Below, piece after piece: positions 24,278 through 33,551 of a DNA stretch of 43,251 nucleotides. A program made the position numbers and the translations under genes. Numbering within the stretch: position 1 is the first letter of the stretch; every line of letters starts with the position of its first letter. The notes beneath the pieces were generated by a model, which saw only the letters and a program-made list of their open reading frames with translations, was not told where the DNA came from and made no database searches. Origin of the DNA: a bacterium (GTDB lineage Bacteria > Bacillota > Clostridia > Peptostreptococcales > Anaerovoracaceae); contig CAVDMD010000001.1 of assembly GCA_963609975.1 (NCBI GenBank), positions 1-43,251 of the forward strand, read 5' to 3'.

Positions 24278-25212
24278 CAGAATACTCCTCCTCTCTGCCT
24301 GCCGCAGTTTGAAAAAAGAAATGCTGTTCCCTCTGAAAGCTCATCTTTTTCAAGCTCTATGCCTCTGACAAGGTTAAAAGGGGTAAATGCAATTCTGTTA
24401 AACTCCTCCCTATGATTCTCAGGTCTGCCTGTAAGCCTCAGCCTGCCTGCCGGAATATACCTTGCGGCACTTTCGTCCCACATTTCTGTATGCGGCGCAT
24501 TGCTGCCACTGTGATGCCCGCAGTCTGAAAGCTGCACCTGAAGCTCAAATTCGGGGTAGTTTTTGCTGTCTATTCTGTCATACAGATCAGCCCTGCAGCA
24601 GTCTCTGCTGTAGCCTGCAAGAAACTCCGCCTCTGACGCTGTTATGGTTTCCTCACCGCAAAGCGGAATCCACCTGTACCTGACCGGATATTCCTTTCCC
24701 TCGCTGCTGATCCATTTTGATAAAAAGAAGCTGTAGTATCTCTGTTTCACATAGGATTTAACCGTCCCTCTGTCAGAAAAAAGATATATTATGAGATGCA
24801 GGCTTTCGGGGTTGTCTGCAACAAACTGCCACAGTCTGCTGCCGTCTGTACTCCCGTCAAGAGCCTCCAGAAGCTCCTGCAGCTTTTCAAGCCTGTTTAT
24901 ATAAAATACGGGGAAGCTCTGACACAGCAGATCATAATGCCCCTCATCTGTGAAAAACCTTGTAAACATCCCTCTTATGTCCCTTGCCGAATCGGCACCG
25001 CCTGCTTTTTCGCACATCGGCGCAAACCTGACAAAGCATTCCGCAGGCGATGCATCATCGCCAAGAAATGCGGCGCAGGTGCAGTCGGCAAACGAAGTAT
25101 ACGGTTCAAATACACCGCAGGCATCGGCAGACTTCTGAAAATATGCGGGAAGCACAGTTCTTTTGCTTATGTATTCTTCAAGCCTGCTGAGCAATAAAAA
25201 ATCTGCCATCAT
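24277..25212 (-). CDS. Catalase-fold protein with substituted catalytic residues (probable non-catalase)
   Basis: 311 aa. Collinear with the catalase core: FVRF...ADSARDIRGMFTRFFTDEGHYDLL..FPVFYI, SDRG, DLYDRIDSKNYPEFELQVQ, GRPENHREEFNRIAFTPFNLVRGIE. Distal His position reads Q (YFQKSA), Asn position reads S (CQSFPVF), proximal Tyr position reads F (AFLFSNC). Confidence 0.7.
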   Translation of the reverse strand: MMADFLLLSRLEEYISKRTVLPAYFQKSADACGVFEPYTSFADCTCAAFLGDDASPAECFVRFAPMCEKAGGADSARDIRGMFTRFFTDEGHYDLLCQSFPVFYINRLEKLQELLEALDGSTDGSRLWQFVADNPESLHLIIYLFSDRGTVKSYVKQRYYSFFLSKWISSEGKEYPVRYRWIPLCGEETITASEAEFLAGYSRDCCRADLYDRIDSKNYPEFELQVQLSDCGHHSGSNAPHTEMWDESAARYIPAGRLRLTGRPENHREEFNRIAFTPFNLVRGIELEKDELSEGTAFLFSNCGRQRGGVF

Positions 25213-25258
25213 ATATCACTCTCCTGAAATAATATATGATGACAGGTTTGTTTTCGTG

Positions 25259-25687
25259 TCACACTCCCGTATGCCCGAAGCCGCCTTTGCCGCGCTCCGT
25301 ATCCGAAAGCTCCTCAGAGACCTCCCACTGCGCTGTTTCGTATGAGGCAATCACCATCTGGGCAATCCTGTCGCCGTTATTTACGGTGAAGGCTTCTTCG
25401 CCCCAGTTGATAAGCGGGATTTTAATTTCTCCTCTGTAGTCGCTGTCGATTGTGCCTGTGCCGTTGACAAGCCCTATGCCGTTTCTGACGGCAAGGCCCG
25501 ACCTTGCTCTTATCTGTGCCTCATAGCCTGCGGGAATCTCCGTAAAAAGACCTGTGGGTATCAGGGCTCTTTTGCCCGGCGCTATTGTGACAGGCCCGTC
25601 AAGAAACGCTCTGATATCCATCCCTGCAGAGCCGGCTGTTTCATATGCCGGAAGTATTCCCGATATGCTTCTGATTTTTATTTTCAT
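25259..25687 (-). CDS. dut: dUTP diphosphatase
   Basis: 142 aa. [24 protein letters not shown] motifs. Confidence 0.9.
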   Translation of the reverse strand: MKIKIRSISGILPAYETAGSAGMDIRAFLDGPVTIAPGKRALIPTGLFTEIPAGYEAQIRARSGLAVRNGIGLVNGTGTIDSDYRGEIKIPLINWGEEAFTVNNGDRIAQMVIASYETAQWEVSEELSDTERGKGGFGHTGV

Positions 25688-25690
25688 AAC

Positions 25691-26941
25691 CTATTCCTTA
25701 ATATATCTCTCAACGTCTGTTTCTTTGTCTGATATTACTACTGCAGAGTAATTGTCAAAATCATATATAAGTGATGCGGCTTCATTGATATCCTGAAGTG
25801 TTACTCTGTCAATTCCCGCTATAACCTCCTCAGGAGTGTCTGTCCTGCCGCTTAATGTCAGATTCCTGCCTATATTAAACATCCTGCCGTTGACGTTTTC
25901 CATGCCGAATATATAGCTGCCCTTGAGCTGAGCCTTGGATATTTCAAGCTCCTCTGCCGTAACTCCTCTGTCTTTGAGGGCTTTGAGCTCTTCTTCTATG
26001 CCTTTGATTGCGGCATGGATTTTGTCGTGGCTCACTCCCGCATATATATTATAGTAGCCTGTGTGTATGAAAGAGCTTGCTATTGAATATACGGAATATG
26101 CAAGACCTTTTTCTTCTCTGATATTCTGAAAAAGTCTTGAGCTCATGCTGCCTCCCATTATATTGTTAAGCAGTGAAAGCGCATAGAACCTCTCATCATC
26201 TCTGGATATGCCTATGGTTCCGAGGCATATGTGGCTCTGCTCGATGTCCTTGACCTTGCAGCGGTAATGCGGTCTGTAGGAAATATCGCCGTATTCCGGA
26301 TGCTCTTTGGTTCCGGCGAATTTATCAAATCTGCCGTCAAATATCGAAACAAGCTGCTCCTCATCAAAATTGCCCGCAACAGAAACAACTATGCTGTCAG
26401 CTGTGTACTGCTCGCTGATGTATTTCCTGATTACGCTTCTGTCTATTCCCGCAAGGGTATCGGGAGTTCCTATGATGGATTTGGCAAGAGGGCTGCCCTC
26501 AAACACCAGCTCGCCGATGATGTCGTGGGCATCGTCTTCGGGAGAATCCTCTATCATTTTGATTTCCTCGCATATTACCATGCGCTCCTTGTCCATCTCT
26601 GCAGGATCAAACTGTGAATTTATAAACATATCGAGCAGTATATCTGCCGCCCTGTCGATATTCTCTGACAGAGTCTTGATATAGTAGCAGGTCGCCTCTT
26701 TGCCTGTGAATGCATTTATCTGCCCTGCAATCCTGTCCGCATCCGACGCTATCTGCTTGGCGCTTCTGCTGTCCGTACCCTTGAAAAGCATATGCTCGAT
26801 ATAATGGGATATGCCTGAAATCTCAGGCTGCTCATTTACTGCTCCCGCTTTAACCCATATGCCTATGGCGACTGATTTGACATATGGTATCTCCTCCATT
26901 ACAAGTCTTGCGCCGCAGCTTAAATCTCTTACTTTAATCAT
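25691..26941 (-). CDS. M16-family zinc peptidase (pitrilysin/insulinase-like)
   Basis: HYIEHMLFKG (HxxEH) zinc motif. Start set at MIKVRDL.... The TTG at 26980 is an alternative that would overlap the upstream gene. Confidence 0.85.
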   Translation of the reverse strand: MIKVRDLSCGARLVMEEIPYVKSVAIGIWVKAGAVNEQPEISGISHYIEHMLFKGTDSRSAKQIASDADRIAGQINAFTGKEATCYYIKTLSENIDRAADILLDMFINSQFDPAEMDKERMVICEEIKMIEDSPEDDAHDIIGELVFEGSPLAKSIIGTPDTLAGIDRSVIRKYISEQYTADSIVVSVAGNFDEEQLVSIFDGRFDKFAGTKEHPEYGDISYRPHYRCKVKDIEQSHICLGTIGISRDDERFYALSLLNNIMGGSMSSRLFQNIREEKGLAYSVYSIASSFIHTGYYNIYAGVSHDKIHAAIKGIEEELKALKDRGVTAEELEISKAQLKGSYIFGMENVNGRMFNIGRNLTLSGRTDTPEEVIAGIDRVTLQDINEAASLIYDFDNYSAVVISDKETDVERYIKE

Positions 26942-26948
26942 AATAAAT

Positions 26949-27197
26949 CTAGGACCTGTTTTTTTTGAAAAAGGCCGCAATTTCCTTTCTGTATAATATT
27001 ATGGCTATCGCCGCCGCAATTATGACAAGCGCAATTGTACCGGCCGTCCTGCCAAAAATTCTGTCCACAAGCTCTGTAGCGAATATGACGGCGGCAAAAA
27101 GCACAAGCACAGTAATAAACACAGCAAGGCTTGCCCGTTTTAATACTCTGCCGTCATCATCATTTGTTTCTCTGTTATCTATTCTCTTCATCTTCAC
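26949..27197 (-). CDS. Small two-TM membrane protein, unknown function
   Basis: Two hydrophobic helices (LAVFITVLVLFAAVIFA, TIALVIIAAAIAIILY). Start uncertain: GTG at 27197 with GGAAAG 6 nt upstream, ATG at 27191, or the ORF-track start at 27218. Confidence 0.45.
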   Translation of the reverse strand: MKMKRIDNRETNDDDGRVLKRASLAVFITVLVLFAAVIFATELVDRIFGRTAGTIALVIIAAAIAIILYRKEIAAFFKKNRS

Positions 27198-27228
27198 CGC
27201 TCGCTTTCCAAACAACAAAGCTATTGTA

Positions 27229-27256
27229 ACACATTTTTGGATTGATTCATATACTA
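27229..27256 (+). promoter_or_regulatory. Sigma-K-like promoter (AC-N17-CATATACTA)
   Basis: Matches the Bacillus sigma-K consensus AC-N16/17-CATAnnnTA as I recall it. Lies 35 nt upstream of the Cys-rich ORF and its AAAGGAGG RBS. Confidence 0.35.
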
Positions 27257-27290
27257 CTTTAGATAAAGTACTGTAAAAGGAGGTATTTAT

Positions 27291-28328
27291 ATGAGCTGTT
27301 TCGGTGGAAGATTATCACCGGATATGTATCAGAACTGCTGTAATGCCAATACGCTCTGTGAATTTGACGGAAATCTTGAAAATGTCGTTACCGAGCCTAT
27401 ATATGTGCAGAAGGTATATGATGCGGTGCTGTTTAATCTGCAGGGTATGCGAACTGTGACAAATCAGGCTTTTGCACCGGCAATTCCGGAGGGACACAGG
27501 GTTAAAAGAGTGATAGACATAAGATGCAGAAGATTTTTCAATCCTGAGAATATAGAGGATCCCGCAAATTTAAAGCTTAATCTTGATACAACAATTTCGG
27601 GAGCATCATTTTTGCAGAACCCCGGAGGAAAAGATCTGCAGGTTGTCGGAGCTGACGGTACATTTTCAGAAAAGATCCTTTATGCCAACACTTCCGACTG
27701 TGATGACAAATGCATGGGTACGCCGATTTTCGGAACTCAGAACATAAAAATCACAGGTGATGTAATTGTTGAAATGGATCTGCTGCTGTGTGACAGATGC
27801 AACAACGATTCTGTTTTTACGGTCTGCGCACAGGTTAACATAGCAACAAAGCAGCAGCCGCTGGTACTTACAAACTTCTTTGAAATCTGTATGCCAAGCA
27901 CTTCCGACACCGCATTTCTGCCGAGGTTTACGGAGTTTTGCAACAGTGCGTGTGAAACAAGGCTTGCAACAAACAACATGGGCAGAGATCTGTGTATCTC
28001 ACCATGCGGAGATGTGTCCGGCAATCTGATTATCGCTCTGTGCGTGACCTGCGAAAAGAAAATAGTTGTCCCTGTGCAGATGTGCGTGCTTTCAACAGGT
28101 ATGGTTCAGCTGTCACCTCAGACAAATACAATATGCACCACATTCCCTACACTGTTCCCTCACCAGATCAAAGAAAGCGACACCATAGAAAACTGCGGCG
28201 AAATCGATACTGACGATTTTGAGGACGAATGCGACCCTTGCGGCAGAAAACACAGTGACTGCTGTGACGATTGCTGCGAGGACCCATGCGACCCTTGCCG
28301 GGATCATCATCACAGGCCCAGAAGATAA
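27291..28328 (+). CDS. Cysteine-rich orphan protein (candidate spore coat/exosporium component)
   Basis: 345 aa with about 28 Cys by my count. N-terminal CC-x5-C. C-terminal DECDPCGRKHSDCCDDCCEDPCDPCRDHHHRPRR. Strong AAAGGAGG RBS. One of only four plus-strand genes in the window. Followed by a strong hairpin terminator. Confidence 0.7.
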   Translation: MSCFGGRLSPDMYQNCCNANTLCEFDGNLENVVTEPIYVQKVYDAVLFNLQGMRTVTNQAFAPAIPEGHRVKRVIDIRCRRFFNPENIEDPANLKLNLDTTISGASFLQNPGGKDLQVVGADGTFSEKILYANTSDCDDKCMGTPIFGTQNIKITGDVIVEMDLLLCDRCNNDSVFTVCAQVNIATKQQPLVLTNFFEICMPSTSDTAFLPRFTEFCNSACETRLATNNMGRDLCISPCGDVSGNLIIALCVTCEKKIVVPVQMCVLSTGMVQLSPQTNTICTTFPTLFPHQIKESDTIENCGEIDTDDFEDECDPCGRKHSDCCDDCCEDPCDPCRDHHHRPRR

Positions 28329-28331
28329 ATT

Positions 28332-28363
28332 CAGGGGGTACCATAAGCCTGTGGTATCCCCTG
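28332..28363. terminator. Bidirectional hairpin terminator between convergent genes
   Basis: CAGGGGGTACCA-N8-TGGTATCCCCTG. 12-bp stem with one G-U. Confidence 0.6.
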
Positions 28364-28366
28364 CTG

Positions 28367-29560
28367 TTATATTTCCCCTCTTATTTTGTCTATGGCTTTT
28401 CTGAAATCGGACTCGCCCCAGATGACAGGCACGGGATATACAGGATTTGCCTCTGCCATGGCCCATCTTATCATCTTTGAAATATCCTCGTCTTTGATTT
28501 CAAGATGCTCCGGAATATCCATATCCCTGTTCATTTTTTTAATTGCTCCGATAAAATTCTCAGCCTTCTCTCTGTCACTGCTGCCTGAAATATCAGCTAC
28601 ATCTGCAAGCTCTGCAAGCGGTTTGTATACGGCTTTGCCGTAAAGCTCCAGCACGTGCGGCAGTATGACTGCGTTAGCAAGTCCGTGAGGTGTGCCGTAC
28701 AGTCCGCCCAATGTATGTGCTATTGCGTGTACATAGCCTACACATGAGCGTGTAAATGCCCTGCCCGCTTCGTAGGAGGCCTCCAGCATTTTTTCTCTGG
28801 CTCGCAGGTTTTCACCGTCTCTGTAAACCTCCGGAAGATATCTGAAAATAAGTCTGACAGCGCGTCTTGCTTTCCTGTCTGTAGGTCTGCTCAAAATATT
28901 CGTATAGGCCTCAACCGCATGAGTCAGCGCATCCATTCCTGTTGTTGCAGTCAGATGCTTTGGCAGATTCACGGTAATGCACGGATCCAGAACAGCAACA
29001 TCAGGAATAAGTCCGGGGTCGTTTATGGTGAATTTGTGATGCTCTTTTTCGTCCGTTATAACGGCGGCAACGGTAGCTTCGCTGCCCGTGCCTGCAGTCG
29101 TAGGTACCGCAAACAGTACAGGCGGTTTCTTTTTTACTCTGAACATCCCCGCCATACTCATAAGGCTCGATGTAGGATTCGACACTCTCGCTCCTATTGC
29201 CTTGGCGCAGTCCATGGGAGAGCCTCCTCCAAAGGCAACTATGGCCTCGCATTTGCCTGCCGTATAAATATCATAGCCCTCCTCCACATCTGCTGTGGTC
29301 GGATTGTTACTGGTTTTGTTATATATGCTGTATTTAATGCCGTTCTTATCAAAAGATTCATACATACTGTCTGCAAGCCCTCTTTTGCTGATGTTGGGAC
29401 CTGTTACGACCAGCACATTGTCAATGCCTCTTGCCATAATGTTGTATGCAAGCGCACCGACACTGCCCGCCCCCTTGACAAGCTCAGGGCTTCTCCATTT
29501 TATAAAGGCCTTGCCTATATAAAGAAAAAGCTGTGAGATTCTGCATTCAAATTTATTCAT
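28367..29560 (-). CDS. Iron-containing (group III) alcohol dehydrogenase
   Basis: 397 aa. GGGSPMDCAKA and His-rich metal site (...HAIAHTLGG...HG). Confidence 0.85.
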   Translation of the reverse strand: MNKFECRISQLFLYIGKAFIKWRSPELVKGAGSVGALAYNIMARGIDNVLVVTGPNISKRGLADSMYESFDKNGIKYSIYNKTSNNPTTADVEEGYDIYTAGKCEAIVAFGGGSPMDCAKAIGARVSNPTSSLMSMAGMFRVKKKPPVLFAVPTTAGTGSEATVAAVITDEKEHHKFTINDPGLIPDVAVLDPCITVNLPKHLTATTGMDALTHAVEAYTNILSRPTDRKARRAVRLIFRYLPEVYRDGENLRAREKMLEASYEAGRAFTRSCVGYVHAIAHTLGGLYGTPHGLANAVILPHVLELYGKAVYKPLAELADVADISGSSDREKAENFIGAIKKMNRDMDIPEHLEIKDEDISKMIRWAMAEANPVYPVPVIWGESDFRKAIDKIRGEI

Positions 29561-29687
29561 AAAGTTTAATATCCTCTCATTCCTATCGTCATACGCTTAA
29601 TTATACTCATTAAGGTATGTGATTTCAACCTTACCCGCCAAATTCAGCACTTTAGTTTATTATATACCCAAAATTAGTAAAAAAGAT

Positions 29688-29728
29688 AAAAATACAAACA
29701 AAGAGAGAAACCGTTATGATTTCTCTCT
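29688..29728 (-). terminator. Intrinsic terminator after ispH/rpsA
   Basis: Minus strand AGAGAGAAA-N9-TTTCTCTCT followed by TTGTTTGTATTTTT. Confidence 0.65.
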
Positions 29729-29746
29729 GAATGCTCGGAAATATTA

Positions 29747-31699
29747 TTATTCAATTTCCTCTGTATCATCAGCTTCTGCTTCTGATTCTTCTTCAGGAAC
29801 AGCTGTAGCCTTGATGCTGAGACTGATTCTTCTCTTGTCCCTGTCAATTTCAAGAATCTTAGCACTTACTTCCTGTCCGATCGTAAGCTCTTCATTAATA
29901 TCGTCAACTCTCTTGTGAGCGATTTCTGAAATATGTACCAGACCGTCAAGACCGGGCTCAAGCTCTACGAATGCGCCGTATTCTTTAATCTGAACAACCT
30001 TGCCTGTTACAATCTGACCTGCTTCGTATTTCTCATCGATTACTGACCAAGGTTCAGGCATAGTCTGCTTCAGACCCAGTGAAATCTTGCCTTTTTCTTC
30101 GTTCATTGAAAGAACCTTAACCTTTATGATGTCGCCAATCTGAAGAACTTCCTGAGGGTGTCTTAATTTGCCCCATGAAATCTCTGAGATGTGAAGAAGT
30201 CCGTCGATGCCGCCTATGTCAACAAATGCGCCGTAGTCGGTAAATCTCATTACCTTACCCTCAACGATGTCATCAACATGAATGTTGGCCCAGATTTCAG
30301 CCAGCTTCTTTTCTTTTTCTTCGTTGAGAACAGCTCTTCTTGAGAATACAATCTTGCCTCTTCTCTGGTCAACTCTTGTGATTTTAACTTCCATTTCCTG
30401 TCCGATGAATTCTGCAGGATCCTCAACATACTTGTCTGAAAGCTGTGAAAGAGGGATAAAGCCGGTAACTTCTTTGTATGCGCCGATTACGCCGCCGTTT
30501 ACGGCTCTTGTAATCTTCACAGTAACTAATTCTTTATTCTCAAAAGCATTATTAATCTCATTCCAATGCTCGTTAACTTCTAACTTTTTCTTTGAAAGTA
30601 AGATGCCGCCGTCACCATCATCAGTCTTAATAACCTTAGCCTGAACTTCGTCTCCTTCTGCAAATACATCTGCTAATTTTTGTCCCTCTTCAAGAGAAAC
30701 TTCTTCCTTCGGAATTATTCCGTCTTTTTTACAGCCTAGATTAACTATAACTTCGTTTTCAGTAACCTGGTGTACCTTACCATTTACGATTTCTCCGCCT
30801 CTTGGTAATCTTAATGACTTTTCAATTTCATCCATAAAGTCATTCATCAAATTTGTTTCTTTAGTGATTTCACACATTATAGAAATAACCTCCTCAATAA
30901 TACGTTCAGGCGTCGAAGCACCTGCCGTAATACCTATTTTATTACATTTTTCTATCTGTTTCAATGGTAAATCTTCGATATTTTCAACAAAATAGGTTTT
31001 TGTGCAATGTTTTTTTGATACATTGTATAGTTTTTGGGTGTTTGAGCTGTTTTTGCTTCCTATAATTACCATTACGTCCGACTGTTTTGCCAGTTCAATG
31101 CAGCTGTCCTGCCTTTTTCTGGTCGCATTGCATATCGTATTTCTGACAATGCATTCCCCTGCGCTGATATTCCGGCATACTTCATCGAATATTTCTTCGG
31201 TCACTGTTGTCTGCGCCACAACAAAAACACGGTCAGATGATATCTTCGATGCTTCATCTGCTGTTTCCACCACTACGGCCCTGTTATCGCACCAGCCGTT
31301 AATTCCTACAACCTCCGGATGGTTTTTATCTCCTGCTATAACCACGGTATATCCGTCATCGTGGGCTTTTTTGACGAGTGTATGTATTTTTTCGACAAAC
31401 GGACAGGTGGCGTCAATCAGCTTCACTCCCCTGTCTTTCGCTTCTCTGTAAAAACTTTCGGGCTCTCCGTGTGATCTGATTATAACTGTGGCACTGTCCC
31501 CGGCCTCATCTAAGCTTTCTATTATTCCGACGCCCTTTTTTTCGAGCTCATCCGTAACGGCTCTGTTGTGTATAAGCGGGCCTTTTGTATATATTTCTTC
31601 GTTTTCTTTTTTGGCTGCAATCGCCTCATATGTTTTTTCGAGGGCTCTTTTGACTCCGAAGCAAAACCCCGAATAATCAGCCCTTGTTATCTTTTTCAT
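29747..31699 (-). CDS. ispH: Bifunctional 4-hydroxy-3-methylbut-2-enyl diphosphate reductase (IspH/LytB) fused to ribosomal protein S1 repeats
   Basis: 650 aa. N-terminal ~280 aa is IspH (GFCFGVKRA, CPFV, NTICNAT). C-terminal half has four S1 OB-fold repeats (G.V....YGAFV...GL.HISE). This fusion is common in Clostridia. Confidence 0.9.
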   Translation of the reverse strand: MKKITRADYSGFCFGVKRALEKTYEAIAAKKENEEIYTKGPLIHNRAVTDELEKKGVGIIESLDEAGDSATVIIRSHGEPESFYREAKDRGVKLIDATCPFVEKIHTLVKKAHDDGYTVVIAGDKNHPEVVGINGWCDNRAVVVETADEASKISSDRVFVVAQTTVTEEIFDEVCRNISAGECIVRNTICNATRKRQDSCIELAKQSDVMVIIGSKNSSNTQKLYNVSKKHCTKTYFVENIEDLPLKQIEKCNKIGITAGASTPERIIEEVISIMCEITKETNLMNDFMDEIEKSLRLPRGGEIVNGKVHQVTENEVIVNLGCKKDGIIPKEEVSLEEGQKLADVFAEGDEVQAKVIKTDDGDGGILLSKKKLEVNEHWNEINNAFENKELVTVKITRAVNGGVIGAYKEVTGFIPLSQLSDKYVEDPAEFIGQEMEVKITRVDQRRGKIVFSRRAVLNEEKEKKLAEIWANIHVDDIVEGKVMRFTDYGAFVDIGGIDGLLHISEISWGKLRHPQEVLQIGDIIKVKVLSMNEEKGKISLGLKQTMPEPWSVIDEKYEAGQIVTGKVVQIKEYGAFVELEPGLDGLVHISEIAHKRVDDINEELTIGQEVSAKILEIDRDKRRISLSIKATAVPEEESEAEADDTEEIE

Positions 31700-32969
31700 A
31701 AAGCCTGTCCAGCCCCTCTAAAAATTTTTTGAATGCACCCTCGCTTCCGTTTTCGGTAGGGTTGTAGTATCTGACGCCTTCTCTGTAAAGGTTGTCCGGA
31801 AGGTACTGCTGTTTTACATATCCGCCGTAGGAATGAGGATATTTATATCCGATGCCGTGTCCTCTTGCGGCAGCGCCGCTATAGTGAGAATCACAAAGAT
31901 GAGGCGGCACATCGTCTATTTTGCGGCGGTTAAGGTCTGCTGAAGCTGCATCAATAGCAGCACTTGCGGAGTTTGATTTGGGGCAGGAGGCAAGCAGTAT
32001 CACTGCCTGCGCAAGATTGATTCTGGCTTCCGGAAGCCCCACCATCATCGCAGCCTGAACACAGCCGTTTACTATGGATATAGCGCTTGGATATGCCATG
32101 CCGATGTCCTCGCTTGCCATAACAAGCAGCCTTCTGCCTATCATTTTTATATCACCGTCTCCCTCAATGAGCCTTGCAAGGTAATGCACAGCCGCATCCG
32201 GATCGCTGCCCCTTACAGATTTCTGCAGAGCCGACAGCAGATTGTACTTGTCCTCGCTTTTGTCATAAAATACAGTCTGTCTCTGCATAGCTTCTGTTAT
32301 CAGCTTTTCTGTTACGGCAGGCTCATCATCTGAATTGTCGATTATAAAGCCAAGTGTATCCAAGGCTATCCTCGCATCTCCTCCTGCCATCTCGGCAAGT
32401 ATCCGGAGTGTTTTTTTGTCATATCTGATATTCAGATTTCCAAAGCCCCTGTCTTTATCGTTAATGGCGTTTTGCAGGATTTTCATCAGGTCATCAGCCG
32501 AAAGCCTTTTGAATTCATATATGTTGCGAACTCTGCTGAGCACTGCATTGTTTATTGAAAAATACGGATTTTCGGTCGTGCTCCCTATAAATTTTATCAC
32601 ACCCTCCTCAAGAGCTTTGAGAAGTGAGTCCTGCTGCAGCTTGTTCCATCTGTGAAACTCGTCCACGTAGACATATGTGGTTTCCTGCTGCAGTCCGTAA
32701 AATCTGAGCTTTGCTTTTTCGATAAGCTCTTTGAGCTCTTTGGTGCCTGTTGTCGATGCGTTTATTTCAACAAAGCCTGCATCCATTTCCTTTGCGACAA
32801 TTCTGGCAAGAGTTGTTTTGCCTGTGCCCGAAGGTCCGAAAAACACTGCGGAGTCAAAGGTTTTGTTTCTGATTGAATTGTAAAGCAGAGAGCCTTTGTA
32901 GAGAAAATGGGTCTGTCCCGCAAATTCCTCCAGTCTTTCAGGTCTCATTCTTGTGGATAAAGGTATCAT
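31677..32969 (-). CDS. rarA: Replication-associated recombination protein A (RarA/MgsA AAA+ ATPase)
   Basis: 430 aa. GPSGTGKTTLARI, VDEFHRWNK, MgsA C-terminal domain (...HLCDSHYSGAA..G.GYKYPH). Confidence 0.9.
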   Translation of the reverse strand: MIPLSTRMRPERLEEFAGQTHFLYKGSLLYNSIRNKTFDSAVFFGPSGTGKTTLARIVAKEMDAGFVEINASTTGTKELKELIEKAKLRFYGLQQETTYVYVDEFHRWNKLQQDSLLKALEEGVIKFIGSTTENPYFSINNAVLSRVRNIYEFKRLSADDLMKILQNAINDKDRGFGNLNIRYDKKTLRILAEMAGGDARIALDTLGFIIDNSDDEPAVTEKLITEAMQRQTVFYDKSEDKYNLLSALQKSVRGSDPDAAVHYLARLIEGDGDIKMIGRRLLVMASEDIGMAYPSAISIVNGCVQAAMMVGLPEARINLAQAVILLASCPKSNSASAAIDAASADLNRRKIDDVPPHLCDSHYSGAAARGHGIGYKYPHSYGGYVKQQYLPDNLYREGVRYYNPTENGSEGAFKKFLEGLDRLYEKDNKG

Positions 32970-32970
32970 T

Positions 32971-33516
32971 TTAATCTCCTTGTTTTAGCTCTGTGACAAA
33001 CGAGCCGTCATAGTCAATGTCTGCCATGGCGGTTTTTGCCTTGTCTTTTGTACTGAATGTCTCACCTACCACCTTGTAGTAATCGTCTTTTTTTATCACT
33101 GATGTCTTGACTCCCTCTGATTTCATCTCCGCCACACGTTCCTTTGCGGCGGCTTTTGTCGAAAAGCTGCCAAACTGTATCACATAGCCTTCTTCTGAGG
33201 CGTCTGCGTCATCTTCAACGATTGTTTCCTGCTTGTCGGTCTCTGTTTTGCCGTCATCTGCCTTATCCTCATTGCTGTCCTTGTCCTCGGAAACAGCCGG
33301 ACGGTATTTGTCCCATATGGTTTCAAGTGAGGGAAATTCAAACCCCAGTATCGGATAAAGCACAAACCTTGTGGTAAGATAGCCTGCAATTACCGCCCCT
33401 GTAAGTATAAGCAGCACTGCATTGAATCCTATTCGTTCGTTCCTGCCTCTTGCAGGCGGTCTTCTTCTGCCGTGTCTGTTTCTTCTGTATCTCATAGCTG
33501 TCCTCCTGTTAAACAT
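32971..33516 (-). CDS. Membrane-anchored SPOR-domain protein
   Basis: 181 aa. Basic N-terminus, one TM helix, acidic linker, and C-terminal YVIQFGSFSTKAAAKERVAEMKSEGVKTSVIKKDDYYKVV (SPOR-like). Confidence 0.65.
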   Translation of the reverse strand: MFNRRTAMRYRRNRHGRRRPPARGRNERIGFNAVLLILTGAVIAGYLTTRFVLYPILGFEFPSLETIWDKYRPAVSEDKDSNEDKADDGKTETDKQETIVEDDADASEEGYVIQFGSFSTKAAAKERVAEMKSEGVKTSVIKKDDYYKVVGETFSTKDKAKTAMADIDYDGSFVTELKQGD

Positions 33517-33551
33517 AGTAAATAATATTTAGCGGGTGGACAAATTAGAAC

